A stretch of 64,000 nt of DNA from Gammaproteobacteria bacterium. Lineage in GTDB: Bacteria; Pseudomonadota; Gammaproteobacteria; Natronospirales; JAIVGZ01. Where the stretch lies: contig JBBEAN010000003.1 of assembly GCA_040882865.1 (NCBI GenBank), forward strand, positions 33,085 to 97,084. The letters run 5' to 3'. This document shows positions 58,241 through 64,000 of this stretch, piece after piece; positions within the stretch are counted from its first letter, which is position 1, and each line of letters opens with the position of its first letter. Below the pieces are notes generated by a model that worked only from the letters and a program-made list of their open reading frames with translations, was not told the origin of the DNA and did not search any database. The translations under genes were made by a program, and so were the position numbers.

Positions 58241-58462
58241 ATGGATGGATTACGGATACTCGCAATCGCGCTGTTGATCGGCGGTACGCTCGCGCTCGTT
58301 TACGGCGGTTTCACGTACACGAAAGACCGGGATACTGCAGACCTTGGGCCCCTCGAGATCTCGGTCGAAGACCGTGAACGCGTGAATGTCCCGGTCTGGG
58401 CGGGCGTAGCGGCAATCGTAGCCGGTGGGCTGATTCTCGTGGGGGCTGGCCGCAGACGGTGA
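58241..58462 (+). CDS. small two-TM membrane protein
   Basis: 73 aa with two hydrophobic helices flanking an acidic loop. It starts 2 nt after the lmo0937-like stop. Confidence 0.6.
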   Translation: MDGLRILAIALLIGGTLALVYGGFTYTKDRDTADLGPLEISVEDRERVNVPVWAGVAAIVAGGLILVGAGRRR

Positions 58463-58478
58463 TGCTAGAATCTGGCGG

Positions 58479-59090
58479 ATGAAATCCCTTCCCCGCCTGC
58501 TGTTGACCGGCCTGCTCACGCTGCTGCCGGTCGTCGTCACAATCGCAATCCTCGCTTGGCTCGCCTCGTCTCTCGAGGCGATGCTGGGCGGCCTCATCGC
58601 ATGGCTGCTTCCGGACGGCGCGTACCGCGCCGGCATGGGACTCTTCGCCAGCCTCTTCCTGATACTCGCGCTAGGCGCGATCATGACCACGTGGCTCGCA
58701 CAGCAATTGCTCGTGATGTTCGAGCGTGCGATGTTGCGCCTGCCGGTCATCAACAGCCTGTACGGTGCGGTGAAGGACGTGACCGCCTTGTTCTCCCCAG
58801 AGAGCAAGCGCCAGTTCAATTTGGTCGTGACTTTCACGCTGCCGGGCACCGACTCGAAATTGATTGGTTTCGTGACGCGGGAGGACTGCTCCGACCTGCC
58901 GACCGGGCTCAATGACCTCGGGATGGTCGCGGTCTACTTGCCCATGAGCTATCAGGTCGGCGGGTACATGCTATTCCTGCCGCGCGACCAACTCGAGCCA
59001 CTGAACATGCCCACCTCAGACGCATTGCGGTTCGTACTCACCGCCGGCGTCACGCGCTCAGCGAAGCCCACCGCGTCGAGCGACGGTTAG
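58479..59090 (+). CDS. DUF502 domain-containing membrane protein
   Basis: LLTGLLTLLPVVVTIAILAWL ... GFVT ... VYLPMSYQVGGYMLFLPRD is a typical DUF502 layout. Confidence 0.8.
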   Translation: MKSLPRLLLTGLLTLLPVVVTIAILAWLASSLEAMLGGLIAWLLPDGAYRAGMGLFASLFLILALGAIMTTWLAQQLLVMFERAMLRLPVINSLYGAVKDVTALFSPESKRQFNLVVTFTLPGTDSKLIGFVTREDCSDLPTGLNDLGMVAVYLPMSYQVGGYMLFLPRDQLEPLNMPTSDALRFVLTAGVTRSAKPTASSDG

Positions 59091-59156
59091 CGAACAGACT
59101 CGCTGCGCGGCGATTCCTATCGTGGTCCTTGTTGCATAACCTAAACGAGGGCTTTC

Positions 59157-59699
59157 GTGATGAAAAATATCAAGTCTTTCCCGGTCACCGCGGTGTGTGC
59201 GTTGGCGGTCACGCTCGTCGCCGGCTGCGCGAACCTGCCCGGGACGAATGAAGAACAGGGCGTGGTCATCGGTGGCGTCACCGGCGCCGCTGCGGGTGCA
59301 GCTGTGGCCGGAAGCGGCCACCGCACACTGGGTGCGCTTCTCGGCGGCATCATCGGTGCGGGCAGCGGATACATGATCGGAGCGCGCCGCGACCGTATCC
59401 AGGGCACCCCCGAGGACCAGCAGGCCGCGCAAGCCGCCATCAGCCGGGCCCAGGCGGATCCGGCGACCGTCGCGGACGTACACACGTCCACGACGGCCGA
59501 CCTCAACAAAGATGGTTTCGTGACGGCCGATGAGGTCATCGCGATGTCCGACGCCGGCTTGCGGGACGACGAAATCGTCACCCGCCTCCGGGCGACCGGG
59601 CAGGTGTTCGAACTCACCTCTACCGAGCGCCAGCACCTGTTGAACAACGGCGTGCCGCTTGAGGTCGTTGAGGAGATGAATACCATCAACATTGCATGA
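59157..59699 (+). CDS. lipoprotein with glycine-zipper segment and an EF-hand-like loop
   Basis: Lipobox LVAGC and a Gly-zipper (GGVTGAAAGAAVAGSG...GALLGGIIGAGSGYMIG). The loop DLNKDGFVTADE fits the 12-residue EF-hand pattern DxNxDGxVxxxE. Confidence 0.7.
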   Translation: MMKNIKSFPVTAVCALAVTLVAGCANLPGTNEEQGVVIGGVTGAAAGAAVAGSGHRTLGALLGGIIGAGSGYMIGARRDRIQGTPEDQQAAQAAISRAQADPATVADVHTSTTADLNKDGFVTADEVIAMSDAGLRDDEIVTRLRATGQVFELTSTERQHLLNNGVPLEVVEEMNTINIA

Positions 59700-59780
59700 A
59701 GCGGATGAGGCTGGACAGGGCGGCCTGTGAGGGCGTCCTGTTCAGCCAAGCTTCAGCTTCGCCGCGGTACGGTGTGAGCC

Positions 59781-60962
59781 ATGAACGCACTCACTCGATT
59801 GCTCTGCACCGCGGCGCTCGTCGCCGTGACCGTGTTCGCGAACTCCGCGGCGGCGGCCGACGAACCCATTTACACACAGGCCGAGCTCGACCAGATGCTC
59901 GCGCCCGTCGCACTGTATCCCGACACGGTCCTCACCCACGTACTGATCGCAGCGACCTACCCCGTGCAGGTCGTGAGGGCTGCGCGCTGGTCGGCCGAGA
60001 ATCCCGGGCTCGAGGGTGATGCCGCGCTCGCTGCGGTCGACGACCGCGACTGGGATGCTAGTGTGAAGGCGCTCGTCGCATTTCCGGAACTGCTCGCACG
60101 GATGAACGAAGACCTCGAGTGGACGCAGCGCATCGGCGATGCGTTCCTCGTGCAGGAAGCTGCTGTGTTGGATACTGTCCAGACATTACGCACGCGTGCG
60201 TACAACGCCGGCAACCTGAAGTCGTCGGAGCAAATTCGCGTGGTCCGCGAGCGTGAAACCATCGTGATCCAACCGACGGTCGAGCGAATCGTCTATGTGC
60301 CAGTGTACGACACTCGTGTCGTGTATGGCCCTTGGTGGTGGTCGGCGCATCCTCCGGTTCATTGGTCGTGGCCGGGCCGTCATTACAGTTCAGTCGGGTT
60401 CTACTGGGGTCATGGTGTGCATGTGCGGCCAGCGTTCTACTACAGCTCATTCCATTGGACGAACCGCCACATCGTCCGTGGCGGCGGCCATCGCTGGCAT
60501 CACCAACCTCGGTATCGCCAGCCGCACTACCGCCAGAGCTACGACCGTCCACGCGTGCGGGCGAACAAGCCGCCGGTTCGTCGCGGCGTCGTGGGCGCCC
60601 AGGATGGATTGCAACGACCGCCAGTGACGGCAGAGCGTCGTGCGACGAGCAGCCGCCCGTTCGTCCAGCAACGGCGTGCGACGAGCAGCCGTCCGGTCGT
60701 CACGAGTGCGCCGCGGTCGGTGAGTCGACCCGTGTCGTCGCCGGCGCGATCGGCGACACCTCGAGCTGCTGTGCCACGTGCGGTTACCCCTCGTGCTGCG
60801 ACGCCGCGTGCACCGCGCGCGTCGGTCAGAAGCCCCGCTGCGGGGAACGCGGTTCCGATGGCGAAGCCGACGGCACGCGCGCCGGCGCCGTCGAACCGAA
60901 GCGCGCCGGCCGCCGCGCCGCGCCAACAAACCAGTCGTCCGGCGCGTCAGAAGGACCGCTGA
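59781..60962 (+). CDS. DUF3300 domain-containing secreted protein with Arg/Pro-rich repetitive tail
   Basis: Signal peptide followed by LDQMLAPVALYPDTVLTHVLIAATYP, a DUF3300 hallmark. The tail carries RRATSSRPFVQQ / RRATSSRPVVTS and TPRA-type repeats. Confidence 0.8.
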   Translation: MNALTRLLCTAALVAVTVFANSAAAADEPIYTQAELDQMLAPVALYPDTVLTHVLIAATYPVQVVRAARWSAENPGLEGDAALAAVDDRDWDASVKALVAFPELLARMNEDLEWTQRIGDAFLVQEAAVLDTVQTLRTRAYNAGNLKSSEQIRVVRERETIVIQPTVERIVYVPVYDTRVVYGPWWWSAHPPVHWSWPGRHYSSVGFYWGHGVHVRPAFYYSSFHWTNRHIVRGGGHRWHHQPRYRQPHYRQSYDRPRVRANKPPVRRGVVGAQDGLQRPPVTAERRATSSRPFVQQRRATSSRPVVTSAPRSVSRPVSSPARSATPRAAVPRAVTPRAATPRAPRASVRSPAAGNAVPMAKPTARAPAPSNRSAPAAAPRQQTSRPARQKDR

Positions 60963-63150
60963 CGCCACCACTCCGGTCCAACTGTTGCAGCAGTCTTCGG
61001 ACCGCGGGGGGGCCTGAGAGATGGAACCGCGCAGCGGTCTCGGCGAGCCCGACGCGTACGGTATACGCAGATGACGGCATTACCCGGAACATGTCTTCGT
61101 CCGTCCAGTCGTCGCCGACACACAGCACGAATTCATGTGATTTTCCTTCGAGCCAATCAACCGCCGCGCTGCCTTTGTTCACGCCGGCCGCGCGCACCTC
61201 GATGACCTTGTTACCCTCAATGACCTGTACGTCGATGTTGCGCGTGAATCCGGTCAAGTCGTCGAGCAGTTCACGCGTGCGCATCGCGGCCTGCTCCGGA
61301 TCCGCCCGGCGGTAGTGCCACGCGAGTGAGAATTCTTTCTGCTCGAGGAGCGCGCCGGGTAGCCGATCGACGTATCGCTCGAGAATCGTTCGAATCCGGT
61401 CTTTCCATTCCGTCTCGATTGGTCGGCGCAAACGCCATTCACCGTCGACCGACCGCATCCACGCACCGTGCTCGGCGATCAGCGAGACGGGTAAATCACC
61501 GAACCATCGCTCCAGGTCGGCGCGCGGGCGGCCGCTGATGATGACCGCGTCGTTGCTCGGCCGGCGCCCAATGGCTTCAAGAAGTTCCAGTAGTTCGTCG
61601 TCCGGCGCCGCATTCGCTGGCTTGTCGGAGAACGGCACCAGCGTGCCATCGTAATCAAGCAGCAGCGCGCGTCGGTGTGCGCTGTCGAACGACTGAACCA
61701 ACTGCGCGCGCGTCTCTCCGGTCAGCCGCGTCGCACGACGCTCTGCGTCCCCCTTTTCCGAATCCGCCATTGCACCAGTGAAGTCTGCCGCCCATCGGTT
61801 GACGTCGTAGCGTCGCAAGCGGTCCTGCATCAATGCATTCCGCCGGACCTGCTCGTCGATGGGCATCTCCAGCGCGCGCGCAATCGCATCTGCGAATTCA
61901 TCTCCGTGGTACGGGTTGACCGTCAGCGCTTCAGGCATCTCCTTCGCTGCGCCCGCCATCTCGCTGAGCACAAGCACACCGGTCCGGTCGATGCGCGAAG
62001 CTACGAATTCTTTTGCGACGAGGTTCATCCCGTCGCGCAGCGGCGTAATCAACGCAACGTCGCACGCGCGATAGAGCGGGATGATTTCGTCGAACGGGAG
62101 ATTGCGGTACTGATAGACCAATGGCGTCCAATCGACCGTGCCGAACTCACCGATGATCGATCCGACGGTCTGCTCAATCTCCCGCTTCATCTGCCGATAG
62201 CTCTCTACCCCCGTGCGCGAAGGTGCGACCGAGACGAGAAACGTCACCTTGCCATGCCACTCCGGGTTCTGACGCAGAAATCGCTCGTATCCTCGCAATC
62301 GGTTGATCAGACCCTTCGTGTAGTCAAGCCGGTCGACGGAGAAAATCAGCTTCTGCCCGTGGCATTGTTCGCGCAACTTCGCGACCCGCTGCTCCGTTTC
62401 CTCGGATGCCGCCGACTCCGCGATGCGTGCATAGTCGATGCCCATCGGGAAACTATCGACACGCACCGCGCGGTCACCGATGGCGAGGCGTCCGAGCTTG
62501 TGCTCGTGGCCGACCGTTCTGAGCACGGACGTCAGGAAGTCGCGTGTGTAATCGTGCGTGTGAAAGCCAACGAGGCTCGCCCCAAGAACGCCGTTGATAA
62601 GCTCCGCGCGCCACGTCTCCGGCAAAAGCCGGAACAGCTCATACGACGGAAACGGAATGTGCAGGAAAAAGCCAATGGGCAGCGTCGGGAACCGCTGCCG
62701 GAGCATTTCGGGGAGCAGCATCAACTGATAGTCGTGCACCCATACGTGGTCGCCCGGCTCGAGCACGCCCGTCAGATGATCGGCAAACGCCTCGTTCACC
62801 CGCCGGTATTCCGCCCAGCCCTCGTCATCGTAATGAACCAGATTCTGGAAATAGTGGAAAAGCGGCCAGAGGGTCTTGTTGCAGAACCCGTGGTAAAAAC
62901 GCTCGATACTCTCCGGAGCCAGAAACACCGGCGACGCGTTGTACCCGCGCGCGTGCTCGCGCACGGCGTCGCGCTGATTCTGTGCGACGTGCGCGCCGGG
63001 CCAGCCGACCCAGAGGAATGGTTGCTCTGCCTGTTGCATATAGCTCCAGAGACCCGTCGAGAGGCCACCCGCACTCATTGTGAACTTCGGGGTCCGCCGT
63101 TCGAATGCCGTCGTGAACGGCAGGCGGTTTGAGACGACAACGAGGCGCAT
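60826..63150 (-). CDS. otsA: bifunctional trehalose-6-phosphate synthase (GT20) / trehalose-phosphatase fusion
   Basis: The N-terminus is [12 protein letters not shown]... with an OtsA core ([21 protein letters not shown]). The C-terminal HAD phosphatase has [11 protein letters not shown] and [10 protein letters not shown]. The last ~45 codons overlap the DUF3300 gene. Confidence 0.92.
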   Translation of the reverse strand: MRLVVVSNRLPFTTAFERRTPKFTMSAGGLSTGLWSYMQQAEQPFLWVGWPGAHVAQNQRDAVREHARGYNASPVFLAPESIERFYHGFCNKTLWPLFHYFQNLVHYDDEGWAEYRRVNEAFADHLTGVLEPGDHVWVHDYQLMLLPEMLRQRFPTLPIGFFLHIPFPSYELFRLLPETWRAELINGVLGASLVGFHTHDYTRDFLTSVLRTVGHEHKLGRLAIGDRAVRVDSFPMGIDYARIAESAASEETEQRVAKLREQCHGQKLIFSVDRLDYTKGLINRLRGYERFLRQNPEWHGKVTFLVSVAPSRTGVESYRQMKREIEQTVGSIIGEFGTVDWTPLVYQYRNLPFDEIIPLYRACDVALITPLRDGMNLVAKEFVASRIDRTGVLVLSEMAGAAKEMPEALTVNPYHGDEFADAIARALEMPIDEQVRRNALMQDRLRRYDVNRWAADFTGAMADSEKGDAERRATRLTGETRAQLVQSFDSAHRRALLLDYDGTLVPFSDKPANAAPDDELLELLEAIGRRPSNDAVIISGRPRADLERWFGDLPVSLIAEHGAWMRSVDGEWRLRRPIETEWKDRIRTILERYVDRLPGALLEQKEFSLAWHYRRADPEQAAMRTRELLDDLTGFTRNIDVQVIEGNKVIEVRAAGVNKGSAAVDWLEGKSHEFVLCVGDDWTDEDMFRVMPSSAYTVRVGLAETAARFHLSGPPAVRRLLQQLDRSGGVSGPSDAPDDWFVGAARRPARFGSTAPARVPSASPSEPRSPQRGF

Positions 63151-63632
63151 CAGGCGATTGTGTGTTTCTTGAGCGAACTCGGCGCATCAAGATGCGCGCC
63201 ATCGTGTACGCCAACACCCAGCCGATCGACAAGCTCGCCGCCGAGCCACGCAGTCACGGTCGCGACCGCACCGCCGCAGAGTGCCAGCAACAGCGCAATC
63301 ACACCGGGATCGGCGGGAACCTCACGCCGCAGTGCCCAGCTTCCGAGAAATAGAATGATGACGAGCACATTGCCGACACCGTGCATCGCCCCGACCGATT
63401 TCGCGCGCGTACCGGCCGGTATCGAAAGCCAATCGATCGTGCCGAACGGCGCGGCCACGAGGCCGCCGATAATGCCCGCCGAAATCAGCCAGAATGCGAC
63501 CACAGCCATGGTCTCGTTGCCGCCAACCGCGTGGATCACGTCGAATATGACCGCGGTCGCAAGCAGACCGACTGGGAAAACGACCAGCATCTGGTGGATA
63601 GGGTGGCCGAGGAGCTTCATTTTGCTGTCCAT
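63150..63632 (-). CDS. DUF2231 domain-containing membrane protein
   Basis: LLGHPIHQMLVVFPVGLL hallmark and 4 TM helices. Its stop overlaps the otsA ATG (TGATG). I prefer ATG 63632 (GGAGA upstream) to the track GTG 63677. Confidence 0.8.
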   Translation of the reverse strand: MDSKMKLLGHPIHQMLVVFPVGLLATAVIFDVIHAVGGNETMAVVAFWLISAGIIGGLVAAPFGTIDWLSIPAGTRAKSVGAMHGVGNVLVIILFLGSWALRREVPADPGVIALLLALCGGAVATVTAWLGGELVDRLGVGVHDGAHLDAPSSLKKHTIA

Positions 63633-63651
63633 TAGGGTTTTCTCCGCGGGT

Positions 63652-63819
63652 TTAGACCGGTGATTTTCGTACTTCACGCGGCGGGCTTATGTTCGGTGGA
63701 CCGCTTTGCGCGAGATCGCGGGTACAGCCCAAGGTCCAAGAGGGCGGATCGCTCGCCGGGAAGCTCTCCTCGAGGTTCTCATCGATTTCGGATTCGGTGA
63801 TGTCGAGTTCGCCGCTCAT
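63652..63819 (-). CDS. small acidic protein (55 aa) with SFPASDPPSW motif (below the ORF-track cutoff)
   Basis: Hand translation gives MSGELDITESEIDENLEESFPASDPPSWTLGCTRDLAQSGPPNISPPREVRKSPV. Its ATG overlaps the stop of the upstream gene (ATGA). Confidence 0.5.
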   Translation of the reverse strand: MSGELDITESEIDENLEESFPASDPPSWTLGCTRDLAQSGPPNISPPREVRKSPV

Positions 63820-64000
63820 GGCTGATGCCCCCGCAGGAATCTTGCCGTGACCTCGACGAGCCGCGTCGCCTGATGCCGGATTGCCGCCTTGTCCGCATCA
63901 CTGATGGGCTCATCGCCCGCGGTCACGCTCGTCCCGTACGGATTGCCGCCGGCGCCGTAGACCGCTTTGTCGGTATAGCCTGGAGGAACGATGATCGCGC
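63816..64000 (-). CDS. C-terminal fragment of an unidentified protein (gene starts beyond the window end)
   Basis: The open frame to the window edge ends ...AIIVPPGYTDKAVYGAGGNPYGTSVTAGDEPISDADKAAIRHQATRLVEVTARFLRGHQP. GC3 is high, and I recognise no family. Confidence 0.5.
   Translation of the reverse strand, partial: AIIVPPGYTDKAVYGAGGNPYGTSVTAGDEPISDADKAAIRHQATRLVEVTARFLRGHQP

Noticed and set aside
61675-63132. 485-aa plus-strand ORF
   Set aside because: It is antisense to the otsA-otsB fusion gene and is a shadow frame.

Overview
High-GC (roughly two-thirds G+C by eye) proteobacterial chromosomal segment. Gene content and synteny look gammaproteobacterial, of the Xanthomonadales/Nevskiales type: mrcA divergent from pilMNOPQ-aroKB, gmk-rpoZ-spoT...ridA-recG, and bioBFHCD. 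Positions 1-46.8 kb are housekeeping. They hold an aa3 cytochrome oxidase operon (coxB-coxA-small ORF-ctaG-coxC) directly downstream of a translationally coupled bioBFHCD operon with a BirA-operator-like palindrome. They also hold comF, ubiCA, a TLC-like transporter coupled to a Tat-signal aldo/keto reductase, recG, ridA, spoT, rpoZ, gmk, yicC, a PP2C phosphatase, rph, rdgB, hemW, rpmE, a thermonuclease, gltA, mrcA, pilMNOPQ, aroKB, a dGTPase, an Ig-repeat lipoprotein, pyrF, hemE, fadD and tesA/ybbA/ybbP. Positions 46.9-64 kb look accessory. This is a dense stress, dormancy and envelope island with two tandem pairs of non-canonical Crp/Fnr regulators, an M48 peptidase, yqjD/E/K-like genes, a PLD-type cardiolipin synthase, a BON-domain protein, PRC-barrel, CsbD, a Gln-rich disordered protein and an Fe/Mn SOD. 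It also carries a Gram-negative sortase with a dedicated LPATAG substrate, an lmo0937-family peptide, DUF502, an EF-hand/Gly-zipper lipoprotein, DUF3300, a fused OtsA-OtsB and DUF2231. The most notable non-coding signals are a tight DnaA-box cluster with a 30% GC tract upstream of rpmE, a REP-like palindromic repeat family at four gene ends, and several Shine-Dalgarno-less starts preceded by -10-like hexamers. I recognised no rRNA, tRNA, CRISPR array, transposase or integrase. All calls rest on reading the translated ORFs and the DNA by eye; no database search was run.
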